A DNA stretch of 64,000 nt from NCBI GenBank assembly GCA_000934665.2, contig JYFJ02000441.1:62001-126000 (forward strand), given 5' to 3'. The first letter of the stretch is position 1; the number at the start of each line of letters is the position of its first letter. This document shows positions 40,249-54,469 of the stretch, one piece after another. The notes under the pieces were generated by a model that was not told the origin of the DNA, searched no databases, and saw nothing but the letters and a program-made list of their open reading frames with translations. The position numbers and the translations under genes were made by a program. This DNA comes from Catajapyx aquilonaris (Eukaryota).

Positions 40249-40249
<1 letters not shown>

Positions 40250-43184
40250 CCTTTTCTATGTAAACCTCATCCCTCCCTGGCTCTTCTCCTTGTCCCGTGG
40301 AGGGCGTCAAATTAGGCAGTTAGTTGAATCCGTGGCGACAGATGGGAACAGTTGGGTTGACGCCCAAATCACCAGTTTCGAACCTTCGTACCACTGCTTT
40401 TGATGGCGTTTTGTGGCCTAGGGTTGTTATATCGCGGTGCCCGCGGTGCTACAGGCCGTGAAGAAAAAAGAGGGACTCGACTCATGTTTCCATATAGATA
40501 AGAGTTTGCGTGGAGGTGCAAAACTGTTGCGGTCCCCAGCTATTTAAAAAAAAAAAAAAATCATTCTCACACGATCCACATGCCGCAACAACGGATGGCA
40601 AGGCAACACTCCTCCCCATAAGAGAAGGAGTGCCAAGAGGAGTGCAATAAATATACTATCATCTCAAAAATTTTGGGATGAGATACACACACATGCATGA
40701 ATTTAGGAAAGATTCATTGCATATGGGCAGATATGGGTAGTATTATTCACATTGGGCTCTCATTCCGGTGAAAAGAATTATCTAGCAGTCAGATATGGTT
40801 GCATAATGCCAATAATAAACGTGACATAAATATACCACCTTATAAAACAATCGCGCCAATACGACCAATGCGGCTTACAGTATATAGTTCCTTTCGTAAT
40901 GGCAATATGTTCCTTTCGTAATCGCTATATGTATAGCACTTATTTCTGGTGCTCTTTCAATGTTTATTGTCTGCAGATGAGATGGACACGGTTACCTAAA
41001 GTGTATAGAGAATTGTCTATATGAACCCTAAAAGTTACCAAACATGTGCGGATTCTTCAGTGACTTTCATGATGCCGCCCTTCATATAGGATGAATATTG
41101 TAAAATTATTTTAGTTGAATTGGTGCATCGGTCTTCCTATATGCAGCAGCTCCATTTAGCGCGTATAACTTGATATTTCAATGCAATAAACAAAACTATA
41201 TACACCAACTGTTTAACTTCCAAATACTGCACTGCTATATAACGATGCCTAATGACACCGGTACTATATAATAACTTTTAATGGGATATCATTTAAGTAG
41301 CCTAATTATAGAACCCAGGTATATAGCCAAAGCAAATTAAAAGCATGCACTATTAACCACTTTGCACAATATTAGATAGTTTATTGTACAGTCATTTCAA
41401 TGGATAAAAATGAACAAGCAAAGAAGATTTAACCCGGCCGAAAACAGTATATGCCTATACACAGTTCTATAGTGAATACATTTAATTAAGAATGCCAGAT
41501 TCTGGAGTTAGGGTATAATTATACTGAAACCAGACACAGCTGCAGTGCAACTGTAATTATTGATGGTGCAATCTTTACCGCAAAAGTGCTACATATACAT
41601 CGCAGCATATATAAGCATATAGTATATATTATACTGTATAGAGCATGTTGAGCAGCCCAGCATATTCAATTTTATTGCACAATCTGTTATCTTGCTCTGC
41701 TGACTGTATATATATATGTGTATATATAAGGCATAAGGTCTGCAACTATATTCTTATAGGGCCATAAAATCTGTGGTTAGCTTATTTATGCACCGACTTT
41801 TGTGTTGCAGGTATAGTAACTCGTATACAATATCGTATCTGTAACTTATATGCTGAGTTATAGGCCTATATACGTATGATAGTGGCCCCGAGTTCGGCAG
41901 CATGTGTCTCATTCCAATAACAATAAAACAAGTCATATTTGCACTGCCAGAAACAGCAATGGTCGCTATATGTAAATCCTCATGTACAACGCTCCATCGT
42001 CGTGCGTTAGAAACGTGGTAACATGCCAGAGAGCCATGACGTCCATGACGGGTGTATGACCTCAGGGGACATTAGTCCCTCCTCCTCCACTCTCTCCCTC
42101 TAAAAAAAAAACCAAACTCCAAAGCCTGTAATCTAACGTTGAGGAGAGGCACGTGGCCAATTCTGCCTCCAAGCCGAAATGGGAACCCTCCAGAAACAAT
42201 AATAACAGGGCAATGAGACCTGCAAGTGTTCGCACCATCCTCAATGCGGAAACGGACTATTGTCAGCCTGATGAAGCAACACAATAGCCTACAATGCCCC
42301 AGCAGATGGCAGTCAAAATATCAATTGACAACCTGATTGTTCGGCCCCATTGTTTTTGTATATACCGGGTGCAACAAAAGACAAAACTAATAAATATTAT
42401 TAACATATGATATATATAATAAATCTTCCTGAAGAGCTTCAGGAGTCGACGGATTGATAGCAGACTTCAGTAATCTCCATTAGCCATGTGACAGACCGTA
42501 TTACCACAAATGTACCTAGTGTTCTTACTGAAATTCATGTTTGAAATAATATGGTCGCCTCTGATGGCAACGCATCGATGTAATTAATTCGTCGCGAAAT
42601 AATAACAAGGGGACATGATTTAGTTTTTTAAATGGCCGCGTACTATTTAGTTTCGGTTTCATTAATAGTCATCGTTTTATTTAAAGGAATATTGTGAAGC
42701 ATACGTTTTGATAGTAATCTGAAAATGTAGGCTAACGATTCCGTAAACAATATGAAATAATGTTGCCAGCACTATATAATAATGTGTACTAAGGAGTTAG
42801 CCTAACTGCCAAAATTACGGCTGAATAAGGCCAAATTGGTAATGAGACCTAAGTGAAACAACATAGCCTACACTGCTGTGCCAGGTGCATCCTGCGCCAA
42901 ACATAATCTGAGTTTTCCTTGCAATCTGGCATCCACTACAATGCAATATTCTTACTTACAAACGGATTTCTTACTAGAAAGATTTCCGCAAAGCTCATAG
43001 TGGAAGTAATGCAACTAAATGCGCACTGATAATTATCAGACTTCCATAAAACTATATAGAGTCAAAAGAAATGCAGCGGCAGGACGTCCTGTAGGGAGTC
43101 ACTATGTAAATCGTAACAGGATAGTGTGACCCTTTCCATGTTAAGTGACCATCCGCTTTCGCATCACCCTGTAGAGCGAGGGGG

Positions 43185-43651
43185 CGGGTGTACAGGTAGG
43201 CATGGCTTACCGTGGACAGCCGCGGGCCGAAATTCGTGGCCGGCATGTGGGCGTGTCCAGTCGCTGATTGCCTGGTTGGCGGGAGCATCTGGAGGCGTGG
43301 CCAGTCCGCGGCGCCTCCCCCGGACCAATCGGGTGTCGAGAAGGGTGCGGGTGACGTACGCGCAACGCGATCGCAACTGGCAGGCGCGGGTCAAACGGGG
43401 CGCTACCCCCGTGCCGTTCAGTATCGCTCGCCCAGCAACTCCGCCGAGGCACCAGCAGCCCACCATGCTGGGACCACAAGACGTGTTCATCCGGTTGTGC
43501 AGACGTCCGCGGCGCGACTGATTAATCCGGGGAGGGACACCGGTAGGCGGGCAAGTTCCGGGGCGTGTCCCTATCATTACCCTCCTCCGCCCCCTTCCGT
43601 AACAACACTCCAACCCTCCCCTAAACCAAGCCAAAGTCACACGGTTCCAAG
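43185..43651 (+). promoter_or_regulatory. CpG-rich mab-21 promoter / 5' UTR
   Basis: Abrupt GC/CpG enrichment relative to the AT-rich flank. It contains a GC box (ggggcggg ~43181), CCAAT (~43326), a CRE-like tgacgta (~43352) and an initiator-like TCAGT (~43418). Confidence 0.65.
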
Positions 43652-44749
43652 ATGCTGGTACCGCCGGACATGATGGCAGCCCAATCCAAGATGTTGTACC
43701 AGCTGAACAAGTACTACGGCGAGCGAGTCCAGACCCGGAAGTCCCAGATAGCCAAGACCATCCGGGAGGTGTGCAAGGTGGTGCAGGACGTGCTCAAAGA
43801 AGTGGAGGTGCAGGAACCGCGGTTCATCTCGTCTCTGACAGAGTGCAACTCCCGCTTCGAGGGCCTGGACGTCGTCTCCCCGACCGAGTTCGAAGTGGTC
43901 CTGTACCTGAACCAGATGGGGGTGTTCAACTTTGTGGACGACGGAACCCTGCCCGGTTGCGCGGTCCTCAAGCTGAGCGACGGCCGAAAGCGATCCATGT
44001 CCCTCTGGGTCGAGTTCATCACCGCGTCCGGGTACCTCTCCGCGCGGAAGATCCGCTCCAGGTTCCAGACCCTGGTGGCCCAGGCGTGCGACAAGTGCAG
44101 CTACCGCGATTCGGTCAAGATGATCGCCGACACGACCGAGGTCAAGCTGCGGATCCGGGAGCGGTACGTGGTGCAGATCACGCCCGCGTTCAAGTGCTCG
44201 GGCGTCTGGCCGCGTTCGGCCGCGCACTGGCCCATCCCGCACATACCCTGGCCGCATCCCAACCTGGTGGCAGAGGTCAAGACGGAAGGGTTTGACCTGC
44301 TGTCCAAGGAGTCGCTGGCCATGCAAGGGAAGCAGTCGGCGATGGAAGGCGACGCTTGGGTGCTGTCATTCTGCGAGGCGGAGAACCGGCTTCTGCAGGG
44401 CGGCTGCCGTCGCAAGTGTCTCAGCATACTCAAGACCCTTCGCGACCGGCACCTTGACCTGCCTGGCAACCCGGTGACCAGCTACCACACCAAGACGCTG
44501 CTGCTGTACGAGTGCGAGAAGCACCCGAGGGAGCTGGAGTGGGACGAGGCCTGTCTGGGAGACCGGATCAACGGCATCCTCCTGCAGCTCATCTCGTGTC
44601 TGCAGTGCCGACGGTGTCCACACTATTTCCTACCCAACCTTGACCTCTTCAAGGGAAAGTCGCCCAGCTCTCTGGAGAACGCGGCCAAGCAAGCCTGGAG
44701 ACTAACCCGCGAGTTGCTCACCAATTCGCGCTCACTCGAAAAACTATAA
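43652..44749 (+). CDS. mab-21: Protein mab-21 (MAB21L1/2 ortholog; cGAS-like nucleotidyltransferase fold), intronless, 365 aa
   Basis: Single GC3-rich ORF with the hallmark sequences IAKTIREVCKVVQDVLKEVEVQEPRFISSL, SPTEFEVVLYLNQMGVFNFVDDGTLPGCAVLKLSDGRKRSMSLWVEFITASGYLSARKIRSRFQTLVAQA and LQLISCLQCRRCPHYFLPNLDLF. Confidence 0.99.
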   Translation: MLVPPDMMAAQSKMLYQLNKYYGERVQTRKSQIAKTIREVCKVVQDVLKEVEVQEPRFISSLTECNSRFEGLDVVSPTEFEVVLYLNQMGVFNFVDDGTLPGCAVLKLSDGRKRSMSLWVEFITASGYLSARKIRSRFQTLVAQACDKCSYRDSVKMIADTTEVKLRIRERYVVQITPAFKCSGVWPRSAAHWPIPHIPWPHPNLVAEVKTEGFDLLSKESLAMQGKQSAMEGDAWVLSFCEAENRLLQGGCRRKCLSILKTLRDRHLDLPGNPVTSYHTKTLLLYECEKHPRELEWDEACLGDRINGILLQLISCLQCRRCPHYFLPNLDLFKGKSPSSLENAAKQAWRLTRELLTNSRSLEKL

Positions 44750-47700
44750 CCGCACTTAGGCCAACCGATCTTCTTCAGTCGCCAACCGCTTCTATTAGTG
44801 AACTTTGTACCAAAGTTAATAGCGCATCAAATGTCGCCTATTATAAATATGAGAGAGTTAAAAAAAAATTGAGAGAGAAAAAAATATTCCATTCAGTGTG
44901 CGTGTGTGTGCGTACCGGAGCAGCTTTCTAACGAGCAGGTAACGTCATTTCGGTGTCTCTGTAGGCCTTAGTACAAAGCAATGTCAGATTCCAGGGACTT
45001 GTTTGCACCGTCAAGCGCGGCTTGTCAAAAAACTTGTATTATATCGTCTATGTGTATAACTTATTGTACTCTTATCTCTCAACGTATTACTGTAATATAG
45101 ACAAACGTGTTATAGAACTTGTGGTGTGTCCTTACAAAAACCCCAATACTAATCCTCCCTTTTGGACTTAGGCCTGGCGTGGCATTTGCCGCTGGCGACT
45201 TATAATTGCGTGTCCGATTAACGTCCGCTTGTGTTTTGAGAAAAAAGGTGGGGCATGTCTTCATAATAACGTGTGGCAAAAATTAAGCACTTCGATCAAA
45301 AAGTTGCTCGCACTCCATTTTAAGTTGTTTTGTTTCGCATGTTGCTGCGGTGCCGACTTAACTTTTTTCAGGATTCGCGTGCCAAATTGCCACCGGTGAA
45401 ATAGGTCGACACGTCAAACTCAATTTCGGATACCCAACTTGGAAAAATGATTCTCGTTTTAGGCGCGTCCTTTTTTTTCTTTCTTTTTCGGGGTCGTAAC
45501 TTGAAACATTTTTGTGGAGCAATGCAGCAGGAGGGGGGGTGGGGGAGTTGACAAGTTTGGACAAATATTGAAGCGGACAACTTGGCGTGCGAGCGTGGTT
45601 CTCGCGACTTAAAAATACTTGGGGAGAGAGTTGTTTGCAGCCGTATACACACACACACCCGGCAGTGTAAATCTTATGAAGCCGTAAAAACCGTTTTCTT
45701 GGCTGCTTCCAAAAAACAACTGGGATCCGCTAAAAACGGGGTTCATTTCTAGGATTAACTCTGATCCCCCAGGAAGTAATAGTTAAGGTGGGCAACCCTA
45801 AAGGAGATTCGAGGGTACATTGACAGGTGAGCTCGCTTTTTTTAAAAGCAGACTTTTCGGAGGGAACGGTTACTTTTGCTTTAGGGAACATCCGTCTAAT
45901 CACAATGATGGCATCTTTACCCTCCAGGCGAGGTACCCGAAAACACTTATCCTCCACTTCCGGAAATAGGGGTCTAGTGACCCCGCAGCCATTAAGGGGT
46001 TGCTTCCATATTACCCCTATCTGGGGGCTCGTTTCATCAATATTTGATTCAGGCTGATGGGGAGGATGCTGCTGCCTCGGGGCGAGAATGGCTCGGAGAA
46101 AAAAAAATATGGGCCCGGAATTGAGTTTGTATCGAGTGGGTAATGCAGACTAATGATTCTTTTGCATTTGCGGAGTAGGCTTGGGATGGCAAGAAAAATT
46201 GTTCCTTAGGGCCTGACGCGACAATTTTTTACATCGGTTATGTCGCTTCCTGAGGGTCTTGTATAGGGTGGATGAGAAAAATTACTGGTTCGTTCGGTTA
46301 ATTTTTAATCGTGGTGTGTCCTGTGTTTCGTATAAGTTACTGCAAAGAATGGGCGAAAAAAATGATTTACCATGACAATGTGTCTAATGCAAGTGAAATA
46401 TGATGCTGGTAATTGTGCGGACACACATAACAAATGAGATAACTGTGTTAACCACGAAGGGACTGAGAAGTTTATAATTTGCTAAAATTTAGATCAAATT
46501 ATTTATTAAATTCACAAGCCTACGACGGATGTTTACAACCTTCTGCAGTCAAGAAGCTATGCATAAAAAATAGGCAGTGATATATTTTTAAATATGTTGA
46601 TTAGATTGCAGCCTCCATACTTGCCCACACTAGGCTGTATGTTGCAGATCTCACTTGCAAATGCAAACGCATAATAGGCTGGACTGTATAGCTTGTTTGT
46701 ATCTTCATAAAATTGAAAACAATTACTGGCGGAACGTTGTACCATTATTTTTCCAAGGCCAAAGCTGGTCAAACTGCATGCATTAAAGCTTAATGTGACA
46801 GAGTTATTCGCAATAGCGACTCATGTCCATGACCGGCATGAATATGCAATGATGTACATAACACTCAGATACGTCTAGCAACACTGGAATAAATTCCAAT
46901 CTATTGGGTGCACTGTCAACACTTAATGTTGCGAAAGAATTACATCGCGATATTTTTTATGCAAAATTTGTACATGCCGTAATTACTAGACTATAAGATT
47001 TGCACAATCCTTGAAGCATCGTGATATTCTAACAATGCTGTGGCTAAGGCCATTCTATGGCAAAAGGTCTGCAACAATTTTATATCTCATGAACAGGATG
47101 TCACGTTATTACGTCTAACACATTATCTGGAACCAAAAACTGAACCACCGAACACTCCTAATAAAATTGTTTTCGTTATAATTAAGAAATTCTGCAATAC
47201 ACGCCCATCTGTATAATTTACAATATTACGCAGAAACATTGATGCAAGTCTTTTTCCAACATGCGCCATGAAATAACTGGCATGTTCACCAAATACGGTG
47301 GCATCATTTAATACTCTATATGCAAACTATCTCATATATACTTGTATGCGGGGAGTATTAAAATCAATATTATTTGAAATCAAGCAATTTCCTATGTATA
47401 CACATGAGGCCATTCTCAAGCGTACAATTCATATTAATGTCTTTTTGTAGAGTTCATTGCCAAATTCATATCTCAGTTTCATCATCAACACCTAAGAAAA
47501 TTATATTTTTTTCGAATAATTTGCTTCAACACTTTATTACTAATGGTTTTCATAACTTAAGTTCATTATTTCCATATTCCATAACCTATAATGCTATATC
47601 ATCATTTTGTATAGCGTCCCCTTATTTATACCGATTACATTATTCACACATGCACAAATAAGATGGTGGGCTATTAAAATATCTCGTATAATGGCCCTGC

Positions 47701-50700
47701 AAAATTTTACTTCTGCAGTTACTGCATGTGCTATAAGGCTCCGAAGCAGGTGAGGTGTGCGGTTGGGTTTTATTGTGTTCATATATAAAATATTTCGAAT
47801 ATAAACTACAATTCTACATTCAAATCCCAACGGCCTCTATATTCTGAATGGCTGGATTAAATTGATATTGTGTGCGTAGCAGATCTGCATAAGATTGCAG
47901 AGTACATGCTGGTTGAATCATTATACAGGCCTAACGACAATGCAATGGAAGGATAAAAGGCCTATGTAATATAAGGACGCTTTTGACTCCTGGAGATACT
48001 AAAATTAATACTGTGCCTGCTTGCATGGCTTCTGATGGCCCAGAAAGACGGAAAATTGTCAGCTGCGGACATACTCTTAATTACGAATATCAAGATTATT
48101 TTCCATCTGTTAGGATTCAGAAAAGTCTCTTATAGACTCTCTTCTCATTTAATCACCGGCGCACTCTGATACACTACATAAATCGAGCACAGTATCAATG
48201 TCAATTGTTTGGGGAGAAAAATCCTTTGCACGACAGTATATGTATTAGTAGTGTGACATTTGCGATTGCTATTGATATACGTATAGGATAAACGTCTGGG
48301 GTCTGTTCACGTATAGTTAAGTGATAAATTCAACGACTGCCCCATGAAAATCACACCAGAAACCATGCACAATTCACTTAATTCCTAGTGATTCTATTAT
48401 ATACTGATGTATATAGAGTCAAGAGCTTCAAGTTAGACCAATAAGCCTTTCGCATAGTCTGCAATGACCGAGGAAAATAATAGTTAAAAATAATTCATTG
48501 CTAAATACATACCTAAACATCGATTACTGAATTTATCTTAAAAAACAAAACAAAACAAACAAAATAGAAGACAGCCCTAATGGCGGTAACTGATGCTTCG
48601 TCACTCAGAATATGCCTATATTATATGATAATTACACACCACTTGGCACATCCGTGTATATGTAATTGACCGGATCCAACCACAGAGCATGGAACTGACA
48701 ACACATAGGCCTTTAATTGTTAGTTTCATCCGGCATGGGTTGCCATTGCTGAGAGTTGCCATTGTGGTGTCAGCACGTTTCTCAGTAACAGCTTACAAGT
48801 TTGAAAGTTACAATTTTTACAGCTATACTGAGATGCTATATTGCCAAGATTGCAATTCTGATATAAACTTACATAAATATATATTTAATTTGCGTTTTTA
48901 AAAATCTAACAGTGCACTATAAGTGACATCAATGCAACCATTTTATGCATGTGCCTCCCTATAAATTTAGTTACAGCAAATGTAGAACAAGATTCAAATA
49001 ATACACATAGCCGGCTTTGCTTTCGTGTCACCAGAAAAATAGCTCAAACTTACATTCTTAATGAGGATTATTATGAAAGCAATACACTATAAATACATGG
49101 CATTATAGGCCATGCTTTTTAATGATAACAATTTTCCTGAACAAAACGCAAAATTTTACAGCAGGTCCTATACGTAATACAACGCTGCGACAATTGCCAA
49201 ACATTAATCCAGATTGTATATAACAATGATGATAGAAATAATTCTGATGCCGACATTGAATTGTGACACACACCTTTCTAGCAAAATTTATCAACATGTG
49301 AAATACGAATTAAATTGCTATTCGTATAGGGCAATTGAAACTGGAATCCTCCCATTCTATATACCCGGCGAGCGGGCCTTTTATCTATCATTCCGCTCTG
49401 GCCGCTTAGGCCATGCAGCCCCTGTATAACTTTCATGCATTTGAAGATTAATTACAAAATTTCCAATTCGGTAAACACGCTGTTTCCTAACCCTTATTAG
49501 TCTTCATAAAACTTGGCAACTTAATAACATAACATAAGCGTGGCTCATTTAGATATCATTTCATTACCTGATATTTCCTCCGTGGTTGATTTTCTGAATA
49601 TATATAGACTTTGTACTGTCAACTTACATATTCGATAAGAGGTAAACCTAATAATTATGAATATCTTATGGCAAATGTACTAGAAAGTTAGGAAGGGTGA
49701 GAGGGCGTGGCATATAACTAAAGAAATAAATATTCACGTTCCGACGAACGTTACAAAGGGATTAAATATTTTGAAACGCTGGCTATATAGGCTGTATAAT
49801 CGTTTGGAGGTCCAGCTCGTGTTTTGCACATTCAAAATGTGAGTAGGATTTGTCGGTAAACACAATAATATACATATTAACTCTAATCCGGAACGAAGTC
49901 AACGAGAAGCGTGACTCACGACGCAATTAGTTAATTGCCAAACAACGCCTGCTCAACCCAGATAAGCCATGAACTCTGCAAAATGTGTGTGAATCCGCGA
50001 TTGAGACTGATGACACTAAAATAAGCGCGTCTCAACGAGCGGAAAATCCTTTTACTAATTAGCCTTGGCGCAGCTGTCTCTTCACACACACACATTCCGC
50101 TCCTTTGTCTCTTTCTTCCTTTTTTTTCTTTCTTCTTCTCCTGCACAACTTTTTTTTTGACTCTGACATCTTTTTCCTCAAATTCATGCGACACAACAGG
50201 AAGCCGTGAATAAGTCGCACCGCTTTTGTGCCGGCTCCGAAAATGTGTCCCCAACACAACTGCATGTTGGCTGCTTACCAACAACAACCCAGCCGGTCCT
50301 TAGCCACCAAACAAATTCCACTCGTACTTTGAATGCCACGAGGGCCAAATCCAAACAAAAATTGGCTTCAATCATCAACCTAAGAAGAAATTCGCGACTT
50401 TAAGTATTGTTCCCTTTTCTACGGCTTAATCCTGCAAAGGGGGGAGGCTGTCACCGGGCTGAAAAGTATGTCCAGCTTAAGTGTAAGTGTAAGGAGCATT
50501 CCCGGATCCTCTTCCGGACAGACAGCCGACGACATTAATCCCTTGCCTTCTGCCTAATAAGGTTCTCCGGAACTTTCCTATTGTCAATTATGGATTCTGG
50601 AGAAACCGTTCCTGAAGACTCTCATGCTGGCTTTGCCTCACAACCGTGCAAAGGCGACGCATCAATTTGGAAATGACGCATCCTTTATCTTTTAGAAAAT

Positions 50701-51757
50701 GTTAAAAAATGTGCTGGATTCCTGATGGAACCTTTCCTATAAATTAAATATTAAAATTTATTCAATAATGCGGCGCTCAATTAAAAATAACAATAAGGAC
50801 TGATGGTATCATTCCAGAGCCAGTATAGTGGAAGTGATACCAGTGTTGACACACAAATGCTGCATGCCTCTTACAAATAAGCAACCCACTAAGTTATGAT
50901 TGTATTGTCTCAAAATAATAATTACTGTACACATGAAAACAATAAGAACTTAATGCACGAACATCACTTATGTAAGACAATAAACACAAGACATTTCAAA
51001 GTAACCAAAACTTGCGCTAGTAATTGCCGACAAATTAAATACAAGTAGAAACGCAAATAATATAATGATTGAAGCATATATACGTTGGGTTATCACGGTT
51101 CGTCATGGAGAGTTAATCAGAGCCCCAATTACAGGCTATGTCTTTGACTCCCTCAGGCCTGACTGACTTACGATAAGACGCCAATGCAATGTTCCTTATC
51201 GCAATATATATTTCCACGAAAGTCTCAAATTAATTAAACTTTACTTTCAGCATAATGCAATGCGAGAGTCTTCAAATCACCCCATTTCACGCTCAGCAAA
51301 CGCCCATTTATATATTTTTCTCTCCCCCGTTATTCCTTTTGTGTTGGTTAAACCCAACCCATTTTGAATTCCTGCACACAAACTGTGTTCTCCTCGCCGT
51401 TGAGTGACAAAGGGCCATTTCCTGCAGGAATACGATTTGTAATGCCCATAACCACGTGTACGAACACTAACCCCTGAATCCTGTGGAAAGGGCCCGACAC
51501 ACGAAGTCCGCGGCCCTATGGAATGACAAGATGGAAATCAAACGACTCCGGAATTCTGAGTCTCTTATCCAGCAGGATAGGCCCCGGGTTTCGTGATGGC
51601 TGCGCCCGGACTGGCCGACGCCCGATGCCCCGGCCTTCAACCGCCGCCTTTGCCCCCTAGATGTTCAACCGCGGGGTCAAAAGGTTAGGGTAAATATTTG
51701 TGCAGCGGGTTTGCCTGGTTTCTCTCCAAGAGGAAAAGAGTGCCTTTCATGGCCCGG

Positions 51758-51862
51758 AAAATTAATCTGGGCCGATTTATGGCTTCTGATTTGGCCCAAA
51801 TTAATCCTTGGTGGGAACCGATTTATGGCAACTGATTTGTTCCAAATTAATCCTTGTTGGGT
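51758..51862. repeat. Short tandem repeat (~2.5 x 40-45 bp) composed of homeodomain-type motifs
   Basis: aaattaatc occurs three times, ccgatttatggc twice and ctgatttg twice. Confidence 0.75.
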
Positions 51863-54299
51863 GATAACTTTTTCGGTGATTGTGGAACTGAGCCACGTCT
51901 TTCATCGTGGATGGACTTAATCTTGGGTCAAATAAAATTTTAAAAGTAAAGTGATAACCAACAACGACGTGTAGGTTGTCTGCTATAAAGTTAGATTTTA
52001 ATTAAACTGAACATTGCATATTATACTGCTTTTTGGATATAAACAATCATCACAAGTATCAAAATCTGAATTTATTGGTTTATTGAACGATATGCCTATA
52101 TGAAACTATGTAATCTGCATCACTGATGTTACTTTGAAAAGGTAAAATTTGCTGCGGTCATGACATATTTGGCATAATTACAAATTGAAGACTGTTTACG
52201 TCCATAAGTTACACAACTCAGAGTTTTAAAATCTCCTTCAAGGCAATATTACTAAGAACAACATAATAATATAATAATATAATAACATTTTCGGGAGGGG
52301 GCCGTAAAAGTAATACTGGAACAGATCTTGCTGCTCTTGCTATTTGCTCTTGCCAGTTGTGCCACAGTTTGTTTCCATAATTCTTATCTAATTTCATTCT
52401 AATTTAAATCATAGAGCGAGAAAAGGATGAAAATTTCCAGGATGGCATTTAATATGGTAAAAAGATAATGACTGTTTCTTTATGAAAATATCGCATATAT
52501 CATATACACTATTAGGCCTATACTTTTCTGCTTTTACACTGCGGGAGGTATATCACAGGCATAAAATAATAATATATTATTAGCCTACAGTTCAAAACCT
52601 CCAAGGGGTTATATACCACAAGCATGTGCACTTTCTCGTGGTGGGCTGTGGCACAACAATATTGTTTTAGGAGCCATCCTGCTATATAGTGAGAGTATTT
52701 CAGCTGTCCAATGTGTTGGCTCTTAAAATAGGTGCCTCGCAGCAATAATAGACTAATGATTCAGAGAGTGAGAATTTATGAAAACTATATACAGTAATGC
52801 ACATTTGCTGTGCATTTTTCTGTTACGCACATCAACGTTGTGCTATATATTATTTTGATGCGATTTTACAATTATACAAAATATTCAATGCTATGATATT
52901 GATAAGGTTTCTGGAGCAAAGAGCTGTCTTTTCATGCTTTCTGGTCATACAAAAAAGTGAAAATTACTGTGCGAAGTTTCAGTCTGCAAATAAGCCCTTA
53001 TTTGATGCCCAAATTCATCCGCAAATCCTTCTGACACGAGACTCATGTCAGTATAGGAATATCCGACTGCCCGAGCCGACTTTGAGGCCCCCACTGCAAC
53101 AATGCGTGCACTAAGCCCATGAGCATTCATGTCGGCAGCGGTATATATGGAAAAATATCCGCTCCGCTTTTATTAATAACCCGACACGATCAATGCTGCT
53201 TCCCCCGTAATAATAAAACCGGACATGTCCCCGTGCAAAATGAACACACTGCAATTAAACGCGCACTTGGCATGAATGAAACACTCCCCCTCGGGCCAGG
53301 CCACAAATAATACCCGATATCAGACTCGCTCGCCCGCCTTTTATTTACTCAAGAGGTTATGTACTGCGAGATGCATAAGATACACTCTATAGGGGCAAGA
53401 GTAGTAATCTTATTTACTAATGAGAGCTTGTTTGTGTATAGGATTTTTCCCCCCTCTCTCTTCCTTTTCAGCCCATGTTGATGGCAGTGTGAACCCCACA
53501 CAAGAAATCGATTGTTGGCTCGTAAAAACCTTGACGGTACAGTTTTCTCAAGTGCCAAAGGCACGTACACGGTGCAACGTGCGTTTATTGCCATCAACAT
53601 ACACATTATGCTAGCAAGGAAACTATGCAGCTACATAGCACAAATAGACGCTAATTAACACGCAACAATGGGTATTTGAACCGGATTCTACAAAATGTGC
53701 GCTACACACATCAGGTTATACTAAATATAGCAATTGGTCCGTGTTTCTTCATATAACCCACACCCATCGAGTGAAATATATGACGTGTCGGTTTTTGTAT
53801 ATACCTCGTGCGGTGCAAATGCAGTCGCGGTTTTAGGGGTGGTGCGTTACCGGAGACGGATTCGTGTTGGGTCCGTTGCGTACGTGTCGCGAAGGTGTCA
53901 CGTCTGGTTCAAACTCACGCGAGCCAAACCCCGGTCACCAAGCTTGACATGTTTTTTCCTGACTTTTCCCGGAGTCAATGGGAGATTATGTGGTAGGCCC
54001 GCCTTGTTTCAAACAAGATTTACCACACGCTCGCCCTACTAATTCTCACCTCATTCACCCCCACACACTCGTGCTGTCCTACACTATAAGGCACGTATAC
54101 GAAAAAGGCTGCAATTTGTTGGGCAATAGTACACCAGTAGTTTCATCATGCAAGTGGGAAGAAGTGTGCTCACAGTGCAATCTGGCCATATCATTGCACC
54201 AAAACTCGATTACTTCTTCAAACCTTCTGGCAGGACTGTGCGAGTTCACACATGGCTATAGTCCTTACTTCCATAATCTGATGTACTAAAACGTAAAAC

Positions 54300-54469
54300 C
54301 AGTTGTCAAAATTTGGCAAAATATAATCAGTATCAAACTAATTTAACGCCCATTTATCACGTAGTACTATTCTTCACTCATAGATGGCGCATACTCCCTC
54401 TGCACACTCCTACGATACTATCAGGTCGGACAAACATCCGACGGAGAGAATAAGCCTATTAGGAGAAAG
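54300..54469 (+). repeat. Dispersed repeat family, copy 3
   Basis: caaaatttggcaaaat...cacgtagtactattctt...tagatggcgc...tactatcaggtcggacaaacatccgacggagagaataagcctattaggagaaag. Confidence 0.85.

Noticed and set aside
43052..44623. Long antisense and alternate-frame ORFs over mab-21 (e.g. 43637-44326 minus, 229 aa; 43771-44295 plus)
   Set aside because: These are expected shadows of high GC3 codon usage and a CpG-rich promoter, with no recognisable protein features.
43652..44749. mab-21 as a novel cGAS-like immune receptor (cGLR) or CBASS-like system
   Set aside because: The sequence is the highly conserved developmental MAB21L1/2 type in its known neurobeachin-nested position. No STING-like or effector genes are nearby.
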